Assembly (NCBI GenBank): GCA_963575745.1
Contig: CAUYUJ010000246.1
Coordinates: 62,001 to 116,389, forward strand
Reading direction: 5' to 3'
DNA from: Prorocentrum cordatum
Lineage: Eukaryota
Length of the DNA stretch: 54,389 nucleotides
Shown here: piece by piece, positions 1 to 12,973 of the stretch
Layout: each line of letters opens with the position of its first letter
How positions within the stretch are numbered: position 1 is the stretch's first letter
Made by a program: the position numbers and the translations under genes
Notes under the pieces: generated by a model
Told to the model about the DNA's origin: nothing
What the model saw: only the letters and a program-made list of their open reading frames with translations
Database searches by the model: none

Positions 1-321
1 TTGACTATGAGTCGGGATGTTGGTAGGTGCTCGGTGTTCTCAGCTCCAGTCGAGCTGGAAGCTCTACGAGTCTCCCGGCGGTAACCAAGGTTGACGGTTT
101 ACCGCCGGCGTCCAGTAATTCCGGCGAGCTGGAGAGCTAGTTGGCAAGAAAACTTTTGGTGACTTTTGGTCGGTTCGAAATTTTGTTCTCGAAATTCAAC
201 CATTCGTTAGAGCTCTAGTATTTTTTCCCATGATATTCGATCTTATTCCCGCTCGCCATCTTGATCTCAGCTCGATCGGGTAACTTTGAAGGCCAAAAAG
301 CAGGCAGGCGGGAACGCCGTT

Positions 322-1040
322 TCGAGTCATCTTGATACGCGATGTCGGTTTTCTGATTAACTCGAGCTTCAGGACAGCTACAGAGCTGGTAAGCACAGCT
401 AATCGCATTCAGAATGATGAGGCGCGTTCGCCTGTTGAATCCAGAGGTCTGAACTCGGTCTGCTAGCCGAGCTAGGGTCGCAAACCTATTCGTATTATTC
501 GAGTCATTGTAGCAGACGCTCTCGGTTTTTCGTACTTAACTCGATCTGTAGGGCAGCCACAGAGCTGATAATCACAGAAATCGATTGAGAATTATCAGGC
601 GCGTTCGTCTGTTCAATCAAGAGCTCTGAACTCGGCCTGCTCCACGAGCTAGGTTCGCCAACCTATTGGTATTGTTCGAGTCATCTTGAGAAGTGCTCTC
701 GGTTTTCTGTACTTAAATCGTGCTGGGGGAGGGCTACAGTGCTGCTGGTCACCGGAATCGATTTCGAGACATCAGGCGCGTCCGTTCGTCGAACCGAGAG
801 CTCGGAACTCGGTCTGCTGCTCGAGCGAGATCCGCAAAACTGTTGTATTATTCGAGTCATCCTGAGAGGTACTCTCGGTTTTCTGCACTTAACTCAAGCT
901 GTATGGGGGGCTGCAGAGCTTGTAATCACAGGAATCGGTCCGCAGACATCAGACGCGTCCGCCTGTCGCATTCAGAGGTCTGAACTCGGTTTCATACTCG
1001 AGCTCGATTGGAAAACTGTTCGTTTGTTTCGTTAGAGTCA
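322..1040 (+). repeat. Degenerate ~177-bp tandem subrepeat inside family A elements (example array)
   Basis: Anchor TCGAGTCAT recurs at ~322, 498, 676, 852 and 1033. The same spacing is seen at ~24096, 24272 and 24449. Confidence 0.85.
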
Positions 1041-1041
1041 T

Positions 1042-2066
1042 AACTCGTAGAGCTTCCCTTGGCAAGTTATTGCTGGAAGCTAAGAGTAATTCCGGCGAGC
1101 TGGAGAGCTAGTTGGCAAGAAAACTTTTGGTGACTTTTGGTCGGTTAAAAATTTTGTTCTGGAAATGTGACAATTCGTTAGAGCTCTAGTATTTTTTCCC
1201 GTGGTATTCGATCTTATTCCCGCTCGCTATCTTGATCTCAGCTCGATCGGGTGAATATTACTATCGAAAAGCACTGTGGCGGGATCGGCCGTTTCGAGTC
1301 ATCTTGATACACGGTGACGGTTTTCTCAAGATAACTCGAGCTTCAGGGCAGCTACAGAGCTGGTCAGCACAGCTAATAGATCCAGAATGATTAGGCGCGT
1401 TCGCCTGTTGAACCCAGAGGTCTGAACTCGGTCTGCTAGCCGAGCTAGGTCCGCAAACCTATTCGTATTATGCGAGTCATCTTGACAGGCGCTCTCGGTT
1501 TTCTGTACTTAACTCGACCTGTAGGACAGCTACAGAGCTGATATCCACAGGAACTGATTCAGAATCATCAGTTGCGTTTGTCTGTCGAATCCAGAGCTCT
1601 GAACTCGGTTTGCTGCCCGATCTAGAATCACAAAATTATTCGTATTGGTCGAGTCATCTTGAGAAGTGCTATCGGTTTTCTTCACTCAACTCGCGCTGAG
1701 GGGGGCTACAGTGCTTGTTGTCACAGGAATCGATTTGAAGAGATCAGGCGTATCTGCCTGTCGAATCCAAAGCTCGGAACTGGGTCTGCTGTCCAAACTA
1801 GGTCCGCATAATTATTGTATTGTTCGAGTCATTCTGAGAGGTGCTGTCGGTTTTCCGCACTTAACTCGGGCTGTAGGACTGGCAATGACAGGGGTCGATT
1901 CGCAGACATCAGACGCGCCCGCCTTCGCATTCACAAGTCAAAAAATATTCACTATAAGTCGGAATGTTGGTAGGTGCTGTCGGTTCTCTCAACTGAAGTC
2001 GAGCTAGGAAGCTCTACGAGTCCCCCGGCGGTAACCAAGGTTGATGGTTTACCGCCGGCGCCCAGT
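1042..2066 (+). mobile_element. Family A element, complete copy
   Basis: Left end AACTCGTAGAGCTTCC at 1042. Internal ~177-bp repeats. Right subTIR, hairpin and CCCAGT end at 2066. Confidence 0.8.
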
Positions 2067-3149
2067 TCCGAACTGCTCGAGAGCTAGTTGGCAAGAAAAA
2101 TCTCGACGGACCTTTTGGTGACTTTTGGTCGGTTGAAATTTCGTTCTCGAAATTCAACCATTCGTTAGAGTTCTAGTATTTTTTCCCGTGATATTCGATC
2201 TTATTCCCGCTTGCCATCTTGATTTCAGCTCAATCGGGTACCTTTTACTGCCAAAAAGCGTCCCGGCGGGATCGGTTTTTTCTAGTCATCTTGATACGCG
2301 TTGTCGGTATTTTCTACTTAACTCGAGCTGTAGGGCAGCTACAGAGCTGGTAAGCACACATATCGCATTCAGAATCCTCAGGCGCGTTCGCCTGTTGAAT
2401 CCAATGATCAGGCGCGTTCGCCTCTTGACTCCAGAGGTCTGAACTCGGTCTGCTAGCCGAGCTAGCTCCGCAAATCTATTCGTATTCTTCAAGTCATCTT
2501 GAGAAACGCTCTCGGTTTTCTGTACTTAAATCGAGCTGTAGGGCAGCTACAAAAGCCTATAGTCACAGAAATCGATTGGGAATTATCGGGCGCGTTTGTC
2601 TGTTGTATCGAGAGCTCTGAACTCGGCCTGCTGCTCGAGCTAGGTTCGCGAAGCTATTCGTATTGTTCGAATTATCGTGAAACGTGCTCTTAATTTTCTG
2701 CACTCAACTCGTGCTGGGGGAGGGCTACAGTGCTGCGTGTCATAGAAATCGATTTGCACACATCAGGCGCGTTCGTTGGTCGATTCGAGCTCAGAACTTG
2801 GTCTGCTGCTCGAAACAGGTCCGCGAAATTATTGTATTATTCGAGTCATCCTGAGAGATGCTGTCGGTTTTCTGCATTCAACTCGGGCTGTAGGGGGGCT
2901 GCAGGGCTGGTAATGATATGAGTCGATTCGCAGACATCAGACGCGCCCGCCTGTCGCATTGAGAGGTCTGAACTCGGTCTGATACTCGAACTGGGTTGCG
3001 AAACTGTTTGTTTTTTTGTTAGAGTCTCTGAAATCGCTTGGGGAAAACTAGTCGTTCTCTGGATTTTTTTTCCACGCTATATACTGTCAGGAAGCTCTAC
3101 GAGTCCCCCGGCGGTAAGAAAGTTTGACGGTTTACCGCCGGCGCCCAGT

Positions 3150-3855
3150 ACCTCGTAGAGCTCTTCGGCATCGATGAGCTAGAGGAATTCCGGCGCGGGT
3201 TGGAGCTAGTTGGCCCGCCCGGCCGAGGCGGACAATGTGGTATTGAAAGATATTTTACCATTTATTTTGTGAAAGCAGATTTTTCGCACCTGTAGTGGGT
3301 TAAGGCGCGCCTGCCAGTAAATTTTCAGGTCCGTAGCTGTAGTATTACTATCAAAACACTTGGCGGAATCAACGTTGGATAAAAACAGAAAAACGTGATT
3401 TTTCTAGTTTCTCAGATCTTGCTCTAGACCCTTTCTTCATGCTTACCGATGAGCGCCGTGTGAGAAAAGAGCTCTACGAGGGCCCCGGCGGTAACCTGGT
3501 TGGCGATTTTACGGTTTTGCAGGCCTATTTTAGCGATAAGTTGTGTGATTGATGATTCTCATTTGTGTTGTTGCCTTCATGCGTGCACACATTTGTGTTG
3601 ATGTACACACTCCTTATAAGAGCTGCCAGAGGCTACCGCCTAAGCCGCCCCCCCACGCGCTTGGCGTGGTGAGGCTTTCGCCTTAGCCTCTCTGCCAGAG
3701 GCTACCGCCTAAGCCGCGCGCTTGGCGTGGTGAGGCGCCTGCCCTCGGTGGCCCGCGTTTGGCGTGCCCGCCCGCTTCGGACTGGACTGGGCCTTGGGGC
3801 CCGTGTGTCCGCGAAACGAAAAAACCTGGTTGACGGTTTGCCGCCGGTTCCCAGT
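3150..3855 (+). mobile_element. Family B element interrupted in its 3' hairpin loop by a SINE-like insert
   Basis: ACCTCGTAGAGCTCTT at 3150. The hairpin left arm (3485-3494) is separated from GGTTGACGG..CCGCCGG..CCCAGT (3828-3855). Confidence 0.8.
3503..3822 (+). mobile_element. SINE-like or 5'-truncated retroposon insertion
   Basis: Flanked by direct repeat AACCTGGTTG (3493-3502 and 3823-3832). A-rich 3' end. Internal duplication of CTGCCAGAGGCTACCGCCTAAGCCGC. Confidence 0.7.
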
Positions 3856-4474
3856 TCCGGAGCGCTGGAGAGCTAGTTGGCTCGAAAAAAAGAACTGAAC
3901 TTTTCAGAACTTTTGGTCGGTGACTCGTAGAGCTTCCCTAAGCTAGTTGCTGGAAGCTTAAGAGTCATTCCGGCGCGCTGGAGAGCTAGTCGGCAAGAAA
4001 AATCTCGACGGAACTTTTGGTGACTTTTGGTCGGTTGAAAATTTCGTTCTCGAAATTTGACCATTCGTTAGAGCTCTAGTATTTTTTCCGTGATATTCGA
4101 TCTTATTCCCGCTCGCCATCTTGATCTCAGCTCGATCAGGTAACTTTGAAGGCCAAAAAGCACTCTGGCGGGATCGGCCGTTTCGAGTCATCTTGACATC
4201 CTCCACGGCGGTCCACAGGCCTCGCAGCAGTTCGTTTGAACCGGCGAAGTGTCCGGGGAAGCTTCCGGCAAGCTTCCAAGCGTGCCTGCATGCGCGCAGG
4301 CAACCATGGAAGCCCTTCTGGCAGCGCTTCAGCAGCGCTGCAGGGGAGCCCCCCAGAGCTCTCGAGAAAAGATTCCCTGTCCCCGAGAAACTTCGCTCTT
4401 CAGGTTTTGGACGCTACCAGTGAATAGTACCTCGTACCTCGTAGAGCTCTTCGGCAACGATAAGCTAGAGGAAT

Positions 4475-6609
4475 AACTCGTAGAGCTTCGCTTAGCAAGT
4501 TATTGCTGGAAGCTTAAGAGTAATGACTCGTAGAGCTTCCCTACGCTAGTTGCTGGAAGCTTAAGAGTAATTCCGGCGCGCTGGAGAGCTAGTTGGCTCG
4601 AAAAAAAAGAACTGAACTTTTCACAACTTTTGGTCGGTTGAAAATTTTGTTCTCGAAATTCAACAATTCGTTTGTGCTCTAGTATTTTTTCCCGTGATAT
4701 TAGATCTTATTCCCGCTCGTCATCTTGATCTCAGCTCGATCAGGTACCTTTTACTGCCAAAAAGCACACTGGCGGGATCGGCCGTTTCGAGTCATCTTGA
4801 TACGCGTTGTCGGTATTTTGTACTTAACTCGAGCTGTAGGACAGTCACAGAGCTGGTAAGCTCAGCTAATCGATGTAGAATGATTAGGTGCGTTCGCCTG
4901 TTGAATCCAGAGCTCTGAACTCGGTTTGCTCGCCGAGCTAGGTCCGCAAACCTATTCGTATTATTCAAGTCATCTTGATTCGCACTGTCGCTATTCTGAA
5001 CTTAACTCGAGATATAGGACAGCTACAGAGCTGGTAAGCACGCCTCATAGACTCAGAATCATCAGGCGCGTTCGGCTGTTCGAACCAGAGGTCTGAACTC
5101 GGTCTGCTAGCCGAGCCAGGTCCGCAAACCTATTCGTATTATTCGAATCATCTTGATAGGCGCTCTCGGTTTCCTGTACTTAACTCGAGCTATAGGACAG
5201 CTACAGGGCTGATAGTTACAGAAACCGATTCAGAATCATCAGTCGCGTTTGTCTGTCGAATCCAGAGCTCTGAACTCGGTCTGCTGCGCGATCCAGAATC
5301 ACGAAACTGTTCGTATTCTTCCAGTCATCTTGAGAGCTACTGTCGGCGTTCTGCACTTAACTCGGGCTGTAGGGAGGCTGGAGGGCGGGTAATCACAGGA
5401 ATCGATTCGGAGACATCAGACGCGTCCGTCTGTCGCATTCAGAGGTCTGAACTCGGTCTGATACTCGAGTTGGGCTGAAACACTATTCGTTCTCTGCAAT
5501 TTCTTTCGACATTATATGTTCTCAGGAAGCTCTACGAGTCCCCCGGCGGTAACAAAGGTTGACGGTTTACCGCCGGCGCCCAGTTCCGGAGCGCTGGAGA
5601 GCTAGTTGGCAAGAAAAATCTCGACGGACCTTTTGGTGACGTTTGGTCGGTTGAAAATTTTGTTCTCGAAATTCAACAATTCGTTTGAGCTCTAGTATTT
5701 TTTCCCGTGATATTCAATCTTATTCCCGCTCGCCATCTTGATCTCAGCTCGATCGGGTACCTTTTACTGCCAGAAAGCGTCCCGGCGGGATCGGCCGTTT
5801 CGAGTCATCTTGATACGTCTTGTCGGTATTTTGTACTTAACTCGAGCAGTAGGGCAGCTACAGAGCTGGTCAGCACGCCTATCGCACTCAGAATTATCAG
5901 GCGCGTTCGCCTGTTGAATCCAGAGGTCTGAACTCGGTCTGCTAGCCGAGCTAGGTCCGCAAACCTATTCGTATTATTCGAGTCATCTTGACAGACGCTC
6001 TCGGTTTTCTGTACTTAACTCGAGCTGTAGGGCAGCTACAGGGCTCATTGTCACAGACATCGATGGGGAATCATCAGTCGCGTTCGTCCAATGAACCAAG
6101 AGCTCTGAACTCGGCCTGCTGCCCGAGCTAGATTCGCGAAACCATTCGTATTGTCCGAATCATCTTGAGAAGTGCTCTCAATTCTCTACACTCAACTCGT
6201 GCTGGGGGAGGGCCACAGTGCTGCGGGTCACAGATATCGATTTGCACACCACAGGCGCGTCTGTCGGTCGATTCCAGAGCTCGGAACTCGGTCTGCTGCT
6301 CGATACTGTCGGTTTTCTGCACTTAACTCGGAGTGTAGGGGGGCTGCAGGGCTGGGAATCAGATGAGTGGATTCGCAGACATCAGACGCGCCCGCCTGTC
6401 GCATTCAGAGGTCTGAACTCGGTTTCAAACTCGAACTGGGTTGCAAAACTGTTTGTTTTTTTTTGTTAGAGTCATCTTGAGAGGTCTGAAATCGCTTGGG
6501 CTGAAAACGTAGTCGTTCTTTGGAGTTTTTTCTACACTATATACTGTCAGGAAGCTCTACGAGTCCCCCGGCGGTAAGAAAGGTTGACGGTTTACCGCCG
6601 GCGCCCAGT
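4475..6609 (+). mobile_element. Family A element containing a nested family A copy
   Basis: AAGAGTAAT (4524) resumes as TCCGGAGCGCTGG (5585). Ends CCCAGT at 6609. Confidence 0.8.
4525..5584 (+). mobile_element. Family A element, innermost intact copy
   Basis: GACTCGTAGAGCTTCC left end. Right end is GGAAGCTCTACGAGT, hairpin, CCCAGT. Confidence 0.85.
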
Positions 6610-7271
6610 TCGGGCGCGGGGTGCAGCTAGTTGGCCGACCCGGCCCCGACAGACAATGTGCGAACTTTGGGTCGGTTGGACGAACATTGTGAGAGATTTC
6701 AACATTCGTTTCGAGAATTGGGATTTTTCGCACCTGTAGTGGGTTATTCTGCGTCTGCCAGTGAATTCTTAGGTCTGTAGGTCCAGTAACTCGTAGAGCT
6801 TCCCTTAGCAAGTTATTGCTGGAAGCTTAAGAGTAATTCCGGAGCGCTGGAGAGCTAGTTGGCAAGAAAAATCTCGACGGACCTTTTGATGACTTTTGGT
6901 CGGTTGAAAATTTTGTTCTCGAAATTCAACAAATCGTTTGAGCTCTAGTAGTTTTTCCCGTTATATCCGATCTTATTCCCGCTCGCCATCTTGATCTCAG
7001 CTCGATCGGGTACCTTTTACTGTCAAAAAGCGTCCCGGCGGGATCGGCCGTTTCGAGTCATCTTGATACGCGTTGTCGGTATTTTGTATTCAACTCGAGC
7101 TGTAGGGCAGCTACCGAGCTGGTAAGCACACCTATCGCATTGAGAATTATCAGGCGCGTTCGCCTGTTGAATCTAGAGGTCTGAACTCGGTCTGCTAGCC
7201 GAGCTAGGTCCACAAACCTATTCGTATTATTCGAGTGATCTTGACAGACGTAATCCGAGATGTAGGGCAGT

Positions 7272-8372
7272 AACTCGTAGAGCTTCCCTTAGCAAGTTAT
7301 TGCTGGAAGCTTAAGAGTAATTCCGGAGCGCTGGAGAGCTAGTCGGCAAGAAAAATCTCGACGGACTTTTTGCTGACTTTTGGTCGGTTGAAAATTTGGT
7401 TCTCAAAATTTGACAATTCGTTTGAGCTCTAGTATTTTTTCCCGTCATATTCGATCTTATTCCCGCTCGCCATCTTGATCTCAGCTCGATCGGGTACCTT
7501 TTACTGCCAAAAAGCGTCCCGGCGGGAACGGCCGTTTCGAGTCATCTTGTCACGCGTTGTCGGTATTTTGTGCTTAACTCGAGCTGTAGGGCAGCCACAG
7601 AGCTGGTAAGCACACCTATCGCATTCAGAATTATCAGGCGCGTTCGCCTGTCAAATCCAGAGGTCTGAACTCGGTCTGCTAGCCGAGCTAGGCAAACCTA
7701 TTCGTATTATTCGAGTCATCTTGACAGACGCTCTCGGTTTTCTGTACTTAACTCGAGCTGTAGGGCAGCTACAGGGCGCATTGTCACAGACATCGATGGG
7801 GAATCATCAGTCGCGTTTGTCCATTGAACCGAGGGCTCTGAACTCGGCCTGCTGTCCGAGCTAGGTCCGCGAACCTATTCGTATTGTGCGTATTATCTTG
7901 AGAAGTGCTCTCAATTTTCTGCACTCAACTCGTGCTGGGGGAGGGCTACAGTGCTGCGGGTCACATATATCGATTTGCACACATCAGGCGCGTCTGTCGG
8001 TCGATTCCATAGCTTCGAACTCGGTCTGCTGCTCGAACTAGGTTCGCGAAACTATTCTAGTATTCGAGTCGATACTGTAGGTTTTCTGCACAGAAACTCG
8101 GGCTGTAGGGGGGCTGCAGGGCTGGAATCATATGAGTGTTTGCAGACATCAGACGCGCCCGCCTGTCGCATTCAGAGGTCTGAACTCGGTTTGATACTCG
8201 AAATGGGTTGCGAAACTGTTTGTTTTTTTGTTAGAGTCATCTTGAGAGGTCTGAAATCGCTTGGGCTGAAAAACTAGTCGTTCTTTGAGTTTTTTCCACG
8301 CTATATACTGTCAGGAAGCTCTACGAGTCCCCCGGCGGTAAGAAAGGTTGACGGTTACCGCCGGCGCCCAGT
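7272..8372 (+). mobile_element. Family A element, complete copy
   Basis: Both termini present. Preceded by a right-truncated A copy (6788-7271). Confidence 0.8.
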
Positions 8373-11300
8373 ATTACTATCAAAACACTCGGCGAAACCA
8401 TCTTTGGATGACAACATAAATCGTGATTTTTCGAATGTTTTGGGTCTTCCTCCAGACTCTCCCTGCACATGTACCGAGAAGCGCCGTGCGAGAAAAGAGC
8501 TCTACAAGGGCCCCGGCGGTGACCTGGTTGACGGTTTACCGCCGGTTCCCATAGAGCTCTTCGAAGCTGAGCTAAGAGGAATGCGGGCGCAGGGTGGAGC
8601 TAGTTGGCCGACCGCGCATTAAGAGACAATGTGGTAACTTTGGGTCGAGTTTCTAATGTTTGTGCAGAATTTGAAAATTCGTTTTGAGAACGCGTATTTT
8701 TCTCACGTGTAGTAGGTTACGCCGCGACTGCCAGTTAAATTCTCAGGTCCGTAACTGCAATATTACTATCACAACACTTGCTGGAACCGACTGCCGTTTT
8801 GAGTCATCTTGACGCGCATTAACGGTTTCTGTACTATCTCGGGATATAGGACAGCTACAGAGCTGATGCTTACAGAAACCAATTCGGAATCATGAGGCGC
8901 GTCCATCTGTTCGATCGACAGCTCTGAACTCGGTCTACTGCTCGAGCTGGGTGCGCAAACTTATTTGTATTCTTCGAGTCATTTTGACGAGTGTTGTCCG
9001 TTTTCTCTCGCGATATCTTGAACAAAAATCTCAATGTGTAGTGCGCAGCGCCGCGCAAGAAAGCTCTACGAGGCTCCCGGTGGTAACCTGGTTGACGGTT
9101 TACCGCCGGCTCCCAGTTTCGCGGACCTAGTTCGGGCAGCAGACAGAGTTCAGAGCTCTGTATTCGACAGGCGGACGCCTGATGTCTTTCAATCGATTCC
9201 ACCAAAAGTCAGCAAAAGTTCCGTCGAGATTTTTCTTGCCAACTAGCTCTCCAGCGCGCAGGGGTTGCTTTTAGCTTCCCTTAGCAAGTTATGGCCGGAA
9301 GCTAAGAGTAATTCCGGCGCGCTGGAGAGCTAGTTGGCAAGACAAATATCGACGGAACTGTTGCTGACTTTTGCTCGGTTGAAAATTTTGTTCTCAAAAT
9401 TTGACAATTCGTTAGAGCTCTAGTATTTTTTCCCGTGATATTCGATCTTATTCCCGCTCGCCATCTTGAGCTCAGCTCGATCGGGTGAATATTATTATCG
9501 AAACGCACTCTGGCGGGATCGACCGTTTTGAGTCATCTTGATATGCGCTGACGGTTTTCTGAACATAACTCGAGCTTTGGGACAGCTACAGAGCTGGTAA
9601 GCACAGCTAATCGATGCAGAATGATCAGGCGCGTTCGCCTGTTGAACCCAGAGGTCTGAACTCGGTCTGCTAGCTGAGCTAGGTCCGCAAACCTGTTTGT
9701 ATTATTCGAGTCATCTTGACAGAAACTCTCGGTTTTCTGCACTTAACTCGAGCTGTAGGACCGCTACAGAGCTGATATTTACAGGCACCAATTCAGAATC
9801 ATCAGTTGCGTTTGTCTGTCGAATCCAGAGCTCTGAACTCGGTCTGCTGCCCGATCTAGAATCGCGAAACTATTCGTATCGTTCGAGTCGCTTGCGAGAT
9901 GCTGTCGGTTATCTGACTTAACTCGGGCTGTAGGGGGGCTGCATGGCTGGTAATCACTCGGTTGAAAATTTTGTTCTCGAAATACCTCGTGGAGCTCTTC
10001 GGCATCGATGAGCTAGAGGAATTCCGGCGCGGGGTGGAGCTAGTAACTCGTAGAGCTTTCCGTAGCAAGTTATTGCTGGAAGCTTAGAGTAATTCCGGGG
10101 CGCTGGAGAGCTAGTTACGCCGAGCATTGGCATATAAACTCCTCTCTGACAGCAGCCCAGCTCTGCCGATGCATTTTCTTATGAGTTGATCTCCAGGACC
10201 TGAACGAATATGAACATCGAAAAATTCGAAAGTGAAGATTTTCGAAAAATCTCTATTTTATGATTCTACTCCGATTCTGAGCACTTTCGCCAGTGTCAGG
10301 AGCTCTACGAGGTTCCCGGCGGTGACCAGGTTGACGGTTCACCGCCGGCGCCAGTTGGCAAGAAAAATCTCGACGGACCTTTTGGTGACTTTTGGTCGGT
10401 TGAAAATTTTGTTCTCAAAATTTGAACATTCGTTAGAGCTCTAGTATTCTTTCCGATCATATTCGATCTTATTCCCGCTCGCCATCTTAATCTCAGCTCG
10501 ATCGGGTACCTTTTACTGCCAAAAAGCAGGCAGGCGGGATCGGCCGTTTCGAGTCATCTTGATACGCGCTTTCGGTTTTCTGAACATAACTCGAGCTTCA
10601 GGACAGCTATAACGCCAGTAAGCACAGCTAATCGATGTAGAATGATCAGACGCGTTCGCCTGTTGAATCTAGAGGCCTGAACTCGGTCTGCTAGCCGAGT
10701 TAGGTTCAACAACCTATTCGTATTATCCGAGTCATCTTGACAGGCGCTCTCGGTATTTAGTGCTTAACTCGAGCTGACAGGGCAGCTACAGAGCTCATAG
10801 TCACAGAAATCGATTGGGAATCATCAGGCGCGTTCGTCTGTTGAATCGAGAGCTCTGAAATCGCTCTGCTGCCCGAGCTAGAATCGCGAAACTATTCGTA
10901 TTGTTCGAATCATCTGACGAGGTACTGTCGCTTTCTAAACTTAACTCGGGCTGTAGGGGGCTACAGTGCTAGTGGGGACAGCAATCGATTTGGAGACATA
11001 AGGCGCGTCCGCCTGTGGAAGCCAGAGCTCGGAACTCGGCCTGCTGCCTGAACTCGGTCCGCGAACCTGTTCGTATTGTTCGAGTCATCCTGAAAGATGC
11101 CGGTTTTCTGCACTTAACACGGGCTGTAGGGGAGCTGCAGGGCTGGTAATCACAGGAATCGATTCGGAGACATCAGACGCGTCCGCCTGTCGCATTCAGA
11201 GGCCTGAACTCGGTCTGATACTCGAGCTGGGTTTAGGAAACTATTTGTTTTGTTTGAGTTATCTTCAGAGGTGCTGTTAATTTGCGCACGTAACTCGGGC

Positions 11301-12973
11301 TGTAGCAGAGCTACAGAGCTCGTACAGAAGACAATCCAGAAGCATCAGGGGGCGTTCGGCTGTTGCATCGAGAGGTCTGAAATCGCTTGGGCTAAAAAAC
11401 TATTCGTTCTCTGCAATTTATTTTCTATATTCTATATAGTCAGGAAGCTCTACGAGTACCCCGGCGGTAAGAAAGATTGACGGTTTACCGCCGCGGACAA
11501 TGTGATAACTTTTGGGTGGTTTTGCGAAAATTTGAACGATTTTTGACCATTTATTTTGAGAAAGCAAATTTTTACGCCGAGCATTGGCATATAAACTTCT
11601 CTCTAACAGTAGCTCAGCTCTCTCGATGCATTTTTGCATGAGTTGACTTCCAGGAACTGAGCGAATATGAACATCGAAAAAATCGAATTTGAAGATTTTC
11701 GAAAAATCTCAATTTTTTGATTCTGTGTCGATTCTTTAACAGTGAGAGGAGCTCTACGAGGTTCCCGGCGGTGACCAGGTTGACGGTTCACTGCCGGCGC
11801 CAGTAATTCCGGGGCGCTGGAGAGCTAGTTGGCAAGAAAAATCTCGACGGACCTTTTGGTGACTTTTGGTCGGTTGAAAATTTTGTTCTCAAAATTTGAG
11901 CATTCGTTAGAGCTCTAGTATTTTTTCCCATGATATTCGATCTTTTTACCGCTCGCCATCTTGGTCTCAGCTCGATCGGGTACCTTTTACTGCCAAAAAG
12001 CAGGCAGGCGGGATCGGCCGCTTCGAGTCATCTTGATACGCGCTGTCGGTTTTCTGAACATAACTCGAGCTTCAGGACAGCTACAGGGCCAGTAAGCACA
12101 GCTAATCGATGTAGAATGATCAGGCGCGTTTGCCTGTTGAACCCAGAGGCCTGAACTCGGTCTGCTAGCCGAGCTAGGTACAAAAAGCTATTCGTATTAT
12201 CCGAGTCATCTTGACAATCGTTCTCGGTATTTTGTGCTTAACTCGAGCTGCAAAGCAGCTACAGAGCTCATAGTCACAGAAATCGATTGGTAATTATCAG
12301 GCGCGTTCGTCTGTTGAATCGAGAGCTCTGACCTCGCCCTGTTGCCCGAGCTAGAATCACGAAACTATTCGTATTGTTCGAATCATCTGAAGAGGTACTG
12401 TCGCTTTCTAAACTTAACTCAGGCTCTAGGCAGCTACAGTGCTGGTGGGGAAAGCAATCGATTTAGAGACATCAGGCTCGTCCGCCTGTGGAAGCTAGAG
12501 CTCGGAACTCGGCCTGCTGCCTGAACTCCGTCCCCGAATCTGTTCGTATTGTTCGAGTCATCCTGAAAGATGCTGTCGGTTTTCTTCACTTAACTCGGGC
12601 TGTAGGGGAGCTGCAGGGCTGGTAATCACAGGAATCGATTCAGAGACATCAGACGCGTCCGTCTGTCGCATTCAGAGGCCTGAACTCGGTCTGACACTCG
12701 AGCTGGGTTTAGGAAACTATTCGTTTTGTTTGAGTTATCTTCAGAGGTGCTGTTGATTAGCGCACGTAACTCGGGCTGTAGTAGAGCTAGAGAGCTCGTA
12801 CAGAAGACAATCCAGAAGCATCAGGGGGGCGTTCGGCTGTTGCATCGAGAGGTCTGAAATCGCTTGGCCTGAAAAACTATTCGTTCTCTGCAATTTATTT
12901 TCTACATTATATATAGTCAGGAAGCTCTACGAGTCCCCCGGTATGCGATGTTTCTGATACGAGGCGTATTTCT

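Larger units (their letters stand above)
4436..8552 (+). mobile_element. Family B element split by family A insertions
   Basis: GAGGAAT (4474) resumes as TCGGGCGCGGGG (6610). CCAGT (6787) resumes as ATTACTATC (8373). Confidence 0.75.
4429..9117 (+). mobile_element. Outer element of a four-level nest
   Basis: ACCTCGT at 4429-4435 resumes as AGAGCTCTTC at 8553 and ends CCCAGT at 9117. Confidence 0.7.

Noticed and set aside
91..96. TTGACG in the hairpin loop as a bacterial -35 promoter box
   Set aside because: No consistent -10 box or downstream gene, and the context is eukaryotic; better explained as a transposon terminal motif.
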